A stretch of 64,000 nt of DNA from Podospora anserina (taxonomy: Eukaryota). Of this stretch, positions 50,601-62,638 are shown one piece after another. How positions within the stretch are numbered: position 1 is the first letter of the stretch; the number at the start of each line of letters is the position of its first letter. The DNA lies in the NCBI GenBank assembly GCA_017654855.1, contig CM030335.1, positions 3,534,001-3,598,000 of the forward strand, written 5' to 3'. A program made the translations under genes and the position numbers. The notes under the pieces were generated by a model. That model was not told the DNA's origin. It worked only from the letters and a program-made list of their open reading frames with translations, and did no database searches.

Positions 50601-51814
50601 ATTCACGCAGGACGTCTGATGTACTTCCGCAATGAGCCTACATCGGTTAGCATTGTGGGTGTGGGCAGGGCGAGCCGCTCTCCGGAAGGGGCGGAGCTAT
50701 AGAGAAGAAAAAGCCCTATGAATGACAGATAGTATCCGGCCGCCAAGCTGTGGCATGTCCACTTCCCACACTCACCCCCGCGCTCGGCAACGGTACGACA
50801 AGACAGCTTGGCTGACCGATGGATGGCGGAACGGTGGCTAGGGGTGTTGGTGACTTGGGATCCATGGTGGCAAAAAAGAAGAGAATAGACGTGCATGTTG
50901 GCGTTGCTTGCTGTGCTGGTGCTGGTTGTGGGTTCTTATATCTAGCAAGACTCCACCGTGAAGCAACATGACCAGCACAAAAAGCCCTAAGCATGTACGC
51001 ACGTGGCCGCCGCTAAATGGATCATGAGGCTTCCTGTCGAGTCGGTCGTTTTCTTGGTGCGTGTGCCTGTCGATGGCGGGTGTGGTGGGGGTTGAGGAAA
51101 CTAAACCGACAGCGTTTCCCACCCTCTCGCCGAATATCTGTCCGATTGGCTGCGTGTCATGGGGGCACCAGGGGAAAGGGTGAGCTGGACCAGTCACAAG
51201 GAGCCTGACAGAAAAGAAGCTTTGCTTATGATTGTAGAATTCAGTGTCTGGCGGCAATAGCGCGTCCTTTTGTTTTAAACGCCCATACCATGTTTTTTTC
51301 TCTCGCGTCGACCGTTTCTTGGGAGCTACTTTGTAGTCTCCGTCTCCAGCCCTACCGAGCGTGATCAATAATGAAACAAAGACAAATATGGAAAGCGCCA
51401 TCTCCGGCCTCCATGGGTATCAAATCGTTACAAAAAACGGGCCGTCCCACGGTGCCACGTTTTACCTCCCATCCCACTCTCACATCCCCCTTGGCCCCAT
51501 GACACACATCCACCCACACACCATTTCCAGCCTTGATGACAAGCGGCAACCCCACATGAAGTGAAAGGAGGGAGGTGGGGAAGGAGAAGGGAAGGGGGGA
51601 GGGAGAACAGCTGCACACCGGCGGGTTGGACGAGGCATGCCAGCAAGTGCAGGTCAGCAGGTGCGAGGCGCCCCCTCCAAAGTACGGCCCAAGGCCGGAG
51701 CAGATCAACCGGGATTCCTTCTCGGTTCCTTCCTGGACCACCGCATGGGAGATCTCGTAAGGGTGTAGTGGCGGTTACGGCGGAAGCTTCAAACTCATGT
51801 TGTATATGCCTCCC

Positions 51815-52446
51815 TCAGCGCATCGCAGCTGCAGCATCAGCAAAGTTGCCAACAAGAGGTTCCGTGGCTCCCTCGAGCTTGATGGGTATAGCGGTGTTTT
51901 GCTGCATCTCGATGGTGTCGTCGTCGGGGGTGCCCCAATCGACTCGTGCCACAGCAGCCAGGTCGTCGTGTGACGAGAGTTTGGAGAGGAGGTTGTGATA
52001 GCGGACCAGGTTGGCGTCGGGGGCAGCGGCGGGATATGCGTATGGCATCTCGGGACTGTCTGGAGCCGCAGAAGGCGACGCCGTCCGGTGGTTGCTTGGT
52101 GCAATGTCATAGATGTCGACCATGTTGCTGTTCATGCACATCTGTCAGCCGGTGGGTGGGTGGTAGGGGCCAGGGGTGCATACTCTGACGTGCGCGCAAC
52201 CACCCTCTGCAGAGCCTCAATCTCTCTTTGAACCTCCTGTGGATCCTCGGGGCCCATCATCTGTTGCTGTTCAAAACTGCCGTATTGGAGGTTGTTCGGG
52301 TCGTCAAAGAGATGCTGCGCCTCGTCGTCCTGTTCGGCCATGGTTAGCACAAACCAGCAACGTCATCAAAGCCGCCCTGAGGAACCACCAACCTCATCAT
52401 AATCATCTCGTCGCCTGCTCCCCAGGCAAGAAGCGCAATTGCCCAT
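51815..52446 (-). CDS. Ego1/Meh1/LAMTOR1-like vacuolar anchor of the EGO (Ragulator) complex, 3 exons (introns 52331-52392, 52128-52183)
   Basis: N-terminal MGNCASC (myristoylation/palmitoylation), acidic dileucine-like DEAQHLF and EALQRVVARTSDNMVDI. Confidence 0.8.
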
Positions 52447-53491
52447 GGTGTTATATTAATTCGGTGGTGTATGTGCGTCGAAAAAAGAGTGTAACGGGGT
52501 CGAGAAAAGCAACGAAACTAAACGATCGGGAAACAGTGAACTGGGTTTTTTTCAACGGGTGCCCTTGGGCGACAGAAAGGGAGGCTCAATGTGGTCGGTT
52601 CATAAGTGAGAGAATGGCCGTGGCTGAACGGATTACAAAAACAAAAGACGATGCTGGGATAGTCGCTCCGTCGAAAGAAATGGATCAAGAAGAGTTCGCG
52701 GTCGGGAGACGTCGTCGTCGTCGCATCGTGTTTGTCTTGTCCTTTTTTCCCCAAACTCCAGAAGTGACACCACGCGGCTAAATCTCGTCCTGGACCATCC
52801 CTGTCCCTCGGCTGATCCTCGCCAATAGACACCCGCTGGGTGGGTCAAAGCTGGTGCACGGGCCTTATTCAAACCCGTCACCCCGCTCCATCTTGTCATC
52901 GTTGCCGCAGTAAACACGCCCCTTTTACCCCTGAATGCAACTCGCCACAAAATCATTACTATTTCACAGACTATCCTCTGCAAAACCAAACAATATGCAC
53001 CCGTTGAAGTTGAGCAATCTTGAGATTTCAGAAGACCACAGACCTTGGAATCCTGACAAAAACACAATTGCTTGGGATTGCTTGGCATTGCCGTCAAAGC
53101 TCTTCAGTAGAAACATCATCACAAAATCAAATCACCGATACTGCGAGACAAACAGTTCCCGTTCCCCTCTTCGCCAATCCTGCCATGTCTTTTTGGCGAT
53201 CAGTTAGCCATCCCGCCTGCCGATCGACCACCAGGTCTCGGTAAAATCAGCCACGAACCCAGCTGCGGAGCACAGACCCCCAGGTATCATGATAGATCGG
53301 CCCAAGAGGTAAGGGACAGTATGGTGGACCGAACGATATATATCTTGCAGTATGTCCTTCAGATCTCGGAGGATGGAGCTCTGTTGCGTCTGGTACCTAG
53401 CCGCGAGATGTCTGATCAATCTCCTACATATCTTTTCCGCCCGGCCAGGCAGGCTTTGGTGCCATTATCTCCATCCCCATCATCTTCATCA

Positions 53492-54516
53492 ATGTTCTCA
53501 TCCAATCCTTCAGTAACCCGCACCACGGCTTCCATCGCAAGTAGCACTAGCCTTCAGCCCCAGCGACGACAAGCGGCAGGGATATGCCGGGCGGATGAGT
53601 CAACATGCCCCCAAGCAGGCTGGTGTTGTATGTTTTCTTTTATTCCCTTTATCGCCAACATGGCCGACCGCTGACTCTTTTCACCACCACAGGTAACAAA
53701 GATGAGACCTGTTTCCTTGAAGCCGGGGCCTTCTTTTGCTGCCCAACCGGCGCCGGCAAAGGAGGTTGCGTCAGGGTCTGCCACTCCGGCGACTTCCAAT
53801 GTGTTGGCACCACCCCCGACACCACCGGCATCTGTTGCGCCAACGGCCAAACCTGCATCGGCGGCGATACACCCCTTCCCTTCTGTGCTGACACTGGCGC
53901 ATCGAGCTCTACCAGGAAAACATCAACCTCACTCACAACAAGCCAAACCAGCACTTCTTCTCACAGTAGCGACTCACACACCTCCAGCACCACAACGTCT
54001 CTGCAGTTTCCTACCCCCAGCCCCAACAATTCCCCCTCCTTCTCGACCTATCCAACTCATACGATATCCAACATCCCGTCCCCGTCAGCCACTGAGCCCC
54101 CCTCCTCCAACTCCGGAATTTCCCTTGCAGCGCAAATCACAGCCATCATCGTGCCTCTCGTAATCATAACCCTCATCATCTCCTGCATCTTTCGCTGCCG
54201 CCGCAAGAAGCAGTGCGGCACCCGGATTCAATCCACCGATTTTACCGAACAGCAGAACACCAGCACCGGCACCACCGGCACGGGCATCAGCCATAACGCC
54301 GACGGGCTGTCCTTTTACAGCGCCTATTCTTCGTATCCCAAGACACCTCCTCCCCCGCCGCCCACATTTTCTGCTGGAAGGCTCTACGGGAGAGAAGCAA
54401 AAGAGGAAGATGGCGAGGTTATGAGCTCGCATGAGAGGTACATGATGGAGAGGAGGATGTTCAGGACACCAACACCTCAGTCGCCAGTTGGGCAAGGAGC
54501 GGGTAGGGGGCTGTGA
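53492..54516 (+). CDS. Single-pass membrane protein: Cys-rich module, Ser/Thr stalk, TM helix, cytoplasmic tail (start uncertain; intron about 53628-53692)
   Basis: CC/C-rich N-terminus, S/T-rich spacer, AAQITAIIVPLVIITLIISCIF followed by RCRRKK. Confidence 0.65.
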
Positions 54517-54916
54517 AGAATGGAGATAATTACTTTAGTATCTGCCAACTGTAAAATGATATATAATACATCTGAACCATACCACTAGGGCTGCTCCGGA
54601 GCAAAGAGCGGCCAGTGCGCCGAGAGTTGGTCACAGGCGTTAATGGGAGCCATCGTCGACAACACCTTATTGTCCCGCCCCGCCTTCCAACAGCTTTTCA
54701 GAGGCGCGACTTTCCGCCTCTTCGCTTTCTTCCCAGCAAACCCTTTTTTCCTCTCTCGCTTCAGCCACAACCATCTTTACTTGACCGTCGACGGCTGACA
54801 AGAATCGCCACTTCACTTTGCGCCAAATCAAGAGTGAATCGCCCAACAATCATTTCCTCTCCCGTTGCCGTTTTCACCTTTTACTGACATGTCAAGAACC
54901 TGACCGGGACGACACG

Positions 54917-55934
54917 ATGGGTGAGACCAAACGCAAAGCCACGGCCATGGCGGGCACCACCGGCGACGCTAAGCGCATGCGCACATCCGCGGCCCCCTCC
55001 CCACCGTTCTGCGCCTTTCGACGACGTTGGCGATGGTGCTGTCGACAAAGAACCGCTTCCACCCTTCCCTCCCAGTCCTCCTGCCACGGAGCCCGACAAC
55101 ACAACCAGCTCAGCCGCCGACAACTCGGTCGTGCCCAGCGCGCCGGCATCCCATTTCAAGCTTCTCCCAGGCGAAATTCGGAACATGATCTACCGTTATT
55201 GTCTTGTTTCCGACAGGACCATCGTCCCCCGAATCCCCGAGATCGAGATCCCATCACATAGCTTGCGTCAACCCAGAAACGGAACGAGCGGCGCCTTCTT
55301 GGGATTAGCCCTGGGCACCGACAAGGAAATATTCGGCGAGGTTCTCTCTTTATTTTACGGAGAGCACAAGTTTGGCCTGTCCAGCCCATACGACAAATGC
55401 TGGGTAAATCGTGTCGGCAAGCGGAGCGCCGGTTGCATCCGAGCCATCGTTATTCACTGCGAGGGCAATGCCAATCACGCCAAGAGCTACCTCACCGAGA
55501 TGCAAACCGCCCTCGTCAAACGGTGTCCCAATCTCAAATCCATTGAGCACAACTGCGACTGGCCCATCCCCGCCAACTTTTTCTTTACGAGGATCACGGC
55601 AAGCCACATGGCCATGACTTGGCGTCGATTTAAGGATCTGGAGATGATCGGCCTGCAACATTACTACATGCCGGCGCGCGTTCAGGATAACTCGCCGTTA
55701 TGGGAGCTTCTCGCCAAGCTCTGTAAGCAAAGCAAGACCAGGGCCGTGGCCATGCAACGAGCGGGTATTTTTGTGACCGACAGAGCGGTGGGCGAGTGGG
55801 TCGAGGATAAGATCGAGGATAAGATCGTGGATAAGGGCAAAGACAAGGGCAAACGCAAGGGAAAACGCAAGGGAAAACGCAAGGGAAAAGTCGTTAGGGC
55901 ATCGCACTCGAACGTAGACAGACGGGACGAGTGA
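54917..55934 (+). pseudogene. Hypothetical protein with F-box-like LPxEIRNMIY motif, apparently interrupted by a +1 frameshift near 54990-55010
   Basis: ATG 54917 frame gives a plausible N-terminus (MGETKRKA..KRMRTSAAPSP). The conserved-looking body (FKLLPGEIRNMIYRYCL, EVLSLFYGEHKF) is in the next frame with no upstream in-frame ATG. Confidence 0.55.
55802..55890 (+). repeat. 12-bp coding tandem repeats (EDKI/DKGK/RKGK)
   Basis: gaggataagatc x2 grading into caagggaaaacg-type units x3. Confidence 0.85.
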
Positions 55935-56677
55935 TTTTCCACGGATCAAGGAGGCGATAGCATTGCAAGGAAGCAGGATACCCGGTACGGAGGAATTAGT
56001 GAGTAGTCAAAGCCATCATAACTAGCAATGTAAAACTACGTTGGCGCATATCGTATTCTCAACCATGCCCCAAAAGAAAGTTGGTAGACCTCCTGAATAT
56101 CGTTTTATGTCTCTCAACTATCTTTTTAGGTCTCTCAACTATTTTGTGAGACATAAAGTACTTTTATTTTAGGTCAATTAGTTGTTTTCAAGGCCTATTA
56201 GCTGTTCTTTTCAAGGCGTATTAGGTATTTCTAAGGCCTACAACTATCTTCTGAGGCATGGCTTACTTTTGCCGTGCCAGCCATTTTGTCTACAGTGTGA
56301 ACAATACTCTACAGGCGAGGTAAAATGCCACAAAGAGTGTGGGGAAATGTACCAACAAGGAAGCTCTAAAGAGCAACCAGAGGGTGGGTGGCTCATCCAA
56401 CAAATCTCTGCCATGTTGTGACAAGAGCACATGGGTACTCTTTTAAATGGGAGCTTGCTGTGATATACCCCACAAAATTCAGGGTTTCCTCTCCATGATC
56501 TCAAGTCCACCGATACACAGGTACTTCTGAGGCTGCACAACTCCACCAGTGATACCAATCATATGAGGGAACTCATCTCCCGAATTCTGTCTCTCTCTGT
56601 TTCAACTCCATCTCCTACATCTCCCTCTCCATTCTAACCGGAACCTCAAGCCACACTCCTTCAGAGACGCCATCATC

Positions 56678-57494
56678 ATGTTGAAAGCTGTGTTTTTTCA
56701 ACTGGCCGCGGTTAGCCTTAGGGTTTTGGCTTCTGACTGCGAGCCTTACTCTGAAATTCCCATCTGGGGCACCGTCGAGTCTTCCACCGCGCCGCGCACT
56801 ACTGCGTTGCCTACCACCACCAAGTCCTACTCCGTTGAGCCCCTCAATACCTGGACTGCCGAATCTACCTCTTCTCTCTGGGGATTTGGTGTCCATAAAA
56901 CCACCTTGGAGACCAAGATTGCTGTTCGCGCCGGTAAGTTCATTTCTCTGTTTCCATGTCGCTTCAATCTGGAATGCTAAGATACCCCTTTTGACAGAAG
57001 ACGCTGGTGTTGTCGGCAGCCATGTCTCCGAACGCGATCTATCAACCACGGACGCTACCCCGATCCAGTCCGGCCCTGGCAAGTGCAACGGCAAGACACG
57101 ACGATTCAACTGCATCTCCCCCGGCGACAAGTGGCAGGAGTGCAGTTCGAACAAATGGTCAGATGTCATCCCTATGGGGAAGCTGGGGGGCGTCACCACG
57201 ACTTGCACAAACTATGGAATTCATGCTTTCCTAAAGTTGACTCATCTTCCCGGCGTTGCGATGGACACACCCGTGATGACCGGTCCCTGCAACCCTCCTG
57301 ATAAGCGTTCCACCTCCAACACCAAGCGCGACACACTTGCCGGCCTTTACAACTGCATCTGGCCCGGTCTTGAGTGGCAGACCTGCAGCGATGACAATAC
57401 CTGGACCAACCCGGCGCCCATGTTGGGCGGCCTTCACTGCATCAGCTACGGCGTCAATGATTACATGGATACGGATGACATACCATTCATTTGA
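56678..57494 (+). CDS. Secreted protein with two Cys-rich repeats (CBM19-like), intron 56934-56997
   Basis: Signal peptide MLKAVFFQLAAVSLRVLA, repeats FNCISPGDKWQECSSNKWS and YNCIWPGLEWQTCSDDNTWT. Confidence 0.75.
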
Positions 57495-57537
57495 ATGCCA
57501 TGGTCTCCGGGGGTTACCCGGAGACCATGGCATTCAA
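57491..57537. repeat. Perfect 21-bp inverted repeat with 5-nt loop
   Basis: ttgaatgccatggtctccggg-ggtta-cccggagaccatggcattcaa. Confidence 0.95.
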
Positions 57538-58392
57538 GGAGAGGGGCGGTGTACCCGTGGACAAAAAGTTTGAGCACACAAGCACACGAAACACCCATTT
57601 GAAGCCTCAAATGAAAACACCCGACACCATATCCAGTGATGCTTTTGTCTGGATCAGTCAATGGTTTTCTCTCGAGACAGAGTGTAATAATTACCTCTCA
57701 TAGACCCTAATACGAAGCTGAAGTTAGCCAAGCCCCTGAAATAGTGATGATGTGATGGCATCTGTCGTGATCCGGGATTGTGTTATCCGGTCATTGACCT
57801 TGAACCTGCACAGACTTTTGAAGCACACGTTACCTTGCCGGGTCTTTTGCCCTTGCACGGAACTCAACCGCGCAGTGCAGGTACCCCACTTACTAGTCGG
57901 CTTGTAAGTAGTAGGTAAGATTGCCCAAGGAAGTTCCGTGTTCTCCAAATGCCGAATGTCGCGATCCTGCTTCGAGGCCATAGCGAAGTTCAGGGGTCAA
58001 TGATCGACCGCGGGTTCAGTGTGCCCAAACAACTCCGTCGCCCCTGGAGCAGTTGTGCCGGATTTTGCCTATACAAATTGCAACAAAACTCCAGGTGACA
58101 GATTATGTTGAGCATTCGTTCCGAAACCCTCTGATTTCCGCAGGCTAGCAAATCCGGGTATAACTACCTAGCCAAATCTGCGTTACGGATCGTGTAAATC
58201 AATCCGCGGGGGGAAGTCAAGATGTTTGAGGACGACACCAGGTTTGCATCGAATTTGCAGGTTCGCAAAAGATAGGCCCAGTAGCTCCCAATAAATAATC
58301 CGAGGACTCGCATGAAATTTCAAGCAGTCCCCCTGACAAGCAAAAATCCAACCCCATTGTTTACCCCTATTGTGGAGCCTACCAAGTTCACC

Positions 58393-59915
58393 ATGGCAAC
58401 CCCCCTTTTCGCCCCTTTTTTCATCCTCCTCCTCTTCTCCCCTGCATCTGCCCACGCCCAACAAATTGGCACCCTAACACCCGAACTCCACCCTCGTTTC
58501 CCAACTCAGCAATGCACCTCCTCGGGCATCTGCACCACCAAGCAAACCTCCCTCGTGACGGACGCCTTATCCCGCCACTTCCACTCCGTCTCCGACCCCT
58601 CTGTCTCCTGCGCTTCTGTCGATTTCCTCTCGAACCCTTCGCTTTGTGACCCCGACGATCCAGCTTCGTGCGCAGCAAACTGCGCCCTCGAAGGGATTGA
58701 ATACGGCGGAATTGGCGTGTCTGCTGTGGGCTCGGCAGTGACACTGAGGCAATACCTCTTTGACGGAGCTGAATACCGCGCTGTCAGCCCGAGGGTCTAT
58801 CTCCTCGCTGAGGATGGAGAGAATTACGAACCTCTGACGCTGCTGGGCCAGGAGTTGGCTGTAGATGTCGATGTTTCGGGACTGCCCTGCGGGATGAACA
58901 GCGCCGTGTATCTGTCCGAGATGGACCTGAGCGGGAGCAGGTCGGAGAGCAACCCTGCTGGGGCGGGGTACGGGACGGGGTATTGTGATGCGCAGTGTTT
59001 TAGGACTGCGCCGTGGATCAACGGGCTGGTAAGTCTACGTGCTTGCGATAGGCAATCTGCTGTTGTGGAGAACTAATCCGAGGTTTTGTGATCAAAAAGC
59101 CCAACCTCAACTCCTCCGGCGCTTGCTGCAACGAAATGGATATCTGGGAGGCCAACTCCCGCGCCAACTCGTTTACTCCCCATACCTGTTCCTCTCCTGG
59201 GTCATTCCTCTGCTCCAGCGAGGCAGAGTGCGGCAAGGGAGCCCCAGGAGTCTGCGACAAAGACGGCTGCGGGCTCAACACCTTCAACCTCGGGAGCCCT
59301 TCTTTCTATGGCCTGGGACTGGACATCGACAGTTCAAACCCGTTCACCATCGTCACCCAATTTCTCACCAACGACGCGGGTGAGCTGAGTGAGATTAAAA
59401 GACTTTACATTCAGAACGGACAGGTTACCCCCAACACAGCCGAGACGACTGACTCGAGATTTGACGGGATTTCATACGAGGGCTCTATCACAGAGGATTT
59501 CTGCGCAGCCAAGAACTCATCTGACTACCTCCGACTTGGCGGCATGAAAGGGATGGGGGAGGCTCTGGCGCGGGGCATGGTCTTGGTTTTCAGCCTCTGG
59601 AACTCGGAAGGGGACTTCATGAGCTGGCTTGATGGGCTGCCAAGTAACGGGCCTTGTAATGCCACTGAGGGCGATCCGGCACTGATTAGGGCACAGGTCC
59701 CAGATGTCTCGGTTACGTTTTCGAATGTGAGATGGGGAGAGATCGGGAGCACTTTCTCCATGTCTGGCGGGGTGAAGGAAGAAGGAGTGGTGACGGGGCC
59801 AGATATTGTCACTGATGCTGCTGTCGCGGTTGAGAATAGAGGGACGAGGGTGAATGTGGTGACTGGGCCGGTTTTGGGGCTGGCTGTCATCTTTGGGTTC
59901 ATGGCGAGCGCATGA
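58393..59915 (+). CDS. Glycoside hydrolase family 7 (endoglucanase-like) with hydrophobic C-terminal tail, intron 59029-59099
   Basis: Signal peptide then QQIG..PELHP, SPRVYL, LPCGMNSAVYLSEM, YGTGYCDAQC, catalytic CCNEMDIWEAN, GMVLVFSLW and NVRWGEIGST. Confidence 0.95.
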
Positions 59916-60558
59916 GACTCTGTAGCAGTTTTTGTCACGAGATGGCGGTCCATAAACTCGAAGGTTTAACGCCAGAAAAGTCCAAGCCCACTTCTCCTCT
60001 ACCCAGGTACCGTAAATACTTTGCGCACTTGACTTCGGCCGATGAGTGGACCAAGTCGTCCTCCCTACCTACGTCTGGCTGCGCGCAACCGACCGGGCTT
60101 CATGCTGGGACCTGCAGATCAGCACATTCCCGCTTCAACACCTTATCCTCCGCTTAATATCAGGTCCCCGCACACACTGACCAGTCGGTGTGTTTCCACG
60201 GACGCGGCTAAACACCAGACGAGAGGCACAACCGCCATGTCCCAGCTTCGATATTGCTTCGTCTGACACTTTGCACAGTTCATAAATCCGAGAATGCGCC
60301 TGTGGCCCGACCTGGCAACTTTTAACAGCGTTTCCCCCTTGCGGTGACATTTGCATATTTATCCAGCGCTGTTGCTAACAATGACCTGACAGTCCCAAGA
60401 CTTCTTCAGCCTATACGATGCCTGTCGCTCGGAGCAGTGACCCTCTCGGCACTTGGCCGTCTAACCGATGCCATGCCAATCCCTTAAAAGTGCGCAGGCC
60501 TCCGCCGCCCAGCCCGGTGAGGAGGTCCTGAGGACCTTTGAGAGCTCCAACGACTAAC

Positions 60559-62638
60559 ATGGCTCGGCTGTCCAGTCTTTTTGTCGCCATTTTGACGTTG
60601 ACGCCAACGGCGTACAGCAGACATCTTCGCGCTTCCAAGGTCTTCCTTGATGGCCGCCAAGTCCAGAATGAATACGACTACGTGATCATTGGGGGCGGTA
60701 CAGCTGGTCTTACAGTGGCTGACAGGCTGACGGAGGATGGCAAGACCACGGTTCTCGTCATCGAGTACGGAGTTCTGAGTGCGTCAACCCACATTGAAGA
60801 TGGTCCTACCGAATATAAAGCTGACGATGCACAGGCGAGGCAGCGTCGCTCACCACGGTCGCAGGCGGATTCTCTGGAATGTCCGACAGTCAGTTCATGT
60901 ACGACATCCGATCTGTTCCTCAGGTCAACCTACGAAACCGTGTTATATCAGTCCTGGCTGGCAAGGTAGTGGGCGGTAGCTCTGCGGTCAACGCCATGAT
61001 GACGATCCGTGGGACCGCAGAAGACTATGACCGCTGGGGGGCCTTCTTTGGCAAGAATTCCCACTGGACCTGGGAGGGCCTGCTGCCATACTTCAAGAAG
61101 GCTCTCAACTTTGTGCCGCCCAACGCGGACATCACAAGAACAGCCAACATTACGTACGACACCAGCTTCTGGGGCAACACTTCAGGGGTTTATGCCGGTT
61201 GGCCTTCGTACCAGTTCCCAGCCACGACGGCTCAGATGGAGGCGTTCAAGGGTCTACCGGGCGTTGAAATCGCCAGTGACAGCGGGTCTGGTGTGCCGGG
61301 TGTCTACTGGTATCCAACCTTTATGGATCCCAAGACGGTGCTGCGGTCTTTTGCCAAGACAGGCCACTATGACAACGTTAAGAGAGCCAACTACCACTTG
61401 GTCACCCAGTCCAAAGTCACCAAGATCGTACTTGACGGCACGACAGCCACTGGCGTCTCGTTCGTCCCGGCACCAGCAAGAGGCCAACCGGGGAACACCG
61501 CCGCTCCGGTGACCACAGTGACTGCCAGAAAAGAAGTCATCCTGGCGGCCGGTGGTGTCCACAGCCCCCAGGTACTGCAAGTGAGCGGGATAGGTCCTAA
61601 AAAGGTTCTCTCCTCAGCTGGCATAGACACCATCGTCGACCTCCCCGGCGTCGGCCAAAACTTCCAGGACCACGGCATGATCTCCGCCTCGTTCCAATGT
61701 AAGGCCCCTCTCCTCTTGTTCCCCCCTCCATCAAAACACAAACCTTAACCTTTCCCGTTCCTCAGTCGCCCGCATCCCCCAATCCGCCCGCCCCTCCTCC
61801 GACGACCTCCGCACAAACCGCACCCTCTCCACCTGGTCCTCCCAAATCTGGGCCGCCAACCGCACAGGCCCCAACTCCATCGCAACAGGCAACTCAGCCG
61901 CCTGGCTCTCCTTCCCCGTCATCTCCCCCCGCTCCGCCAAGCTCTCGGCCGACCTCGCGGCCCAAAACCACGCCGCCTACCTCCCCACGGGATCCGACCC
62001 GACAGTCGCAGCCGGCTACCGCGCCCAGATGCTCTCCTACGCCTCCGCCCTCAGCAACAACAACACAGCCTTCTACAACCTCGTCCTCCAAGGCGGCTCC
62101 GCCAGCGGCCTGCTCGTCGACCTCCACCCCTTGAGCAGGGGAACGGTCAATGTCAACCCGGCCAACCCGCACAACACCGAGCCGCAGGTGGACTACCGCG
62201 CCCTGGCCAACCCCCTGGACGCGACCATCATGGGTGACATTGTCCGCTTCACGAGGAAGTACTACCTTGATAACCCCAAGACCAAAGACTGGGGCGGAAG
62301 GGAGGTCTCCCCCGGCGCGAGCGTGACGACGGACGAGCAGCTGGCGACGTTTTTGAGCAGCTCCCTGAGCCCGAGCGTGTATCACCCCGCGGGGACGTGT
62401 GCGATGATGCCGTTGGAGCTAGGTGGTGTGGTGGACGAGGAGCTCAAGGTGTACGGCGTCAAGAACTTGAGGGTCGTGGATGCGAGTGTCATCCCGACAC
62501 TGCCGGGGGCAAACACTTGCCAGACGGTGTATGCTGTTGCCGAAAAGGTATGTGTTATCCAAACAAAGATGGTAAACTCGCGACTGACATTTATCACAGG
62601 CGGCGGACCTCATCCGATATGGCGCACCAAAGGTCTAA
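60559..62638 (+). CDS. Secreted GMC oxidoreductase (CAZy AA3), 4 exons (introns about 60779-60833, 61699-61764, 62548-62599)
   Basis: Signal peptide, YDYVIIGGGTAG, GKVVGGSSAVN, EVILAAG..SPQVLQVSGIG, VGQNFQDH, YHPAGT and LRVVDAS. Confidence 0.95.
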
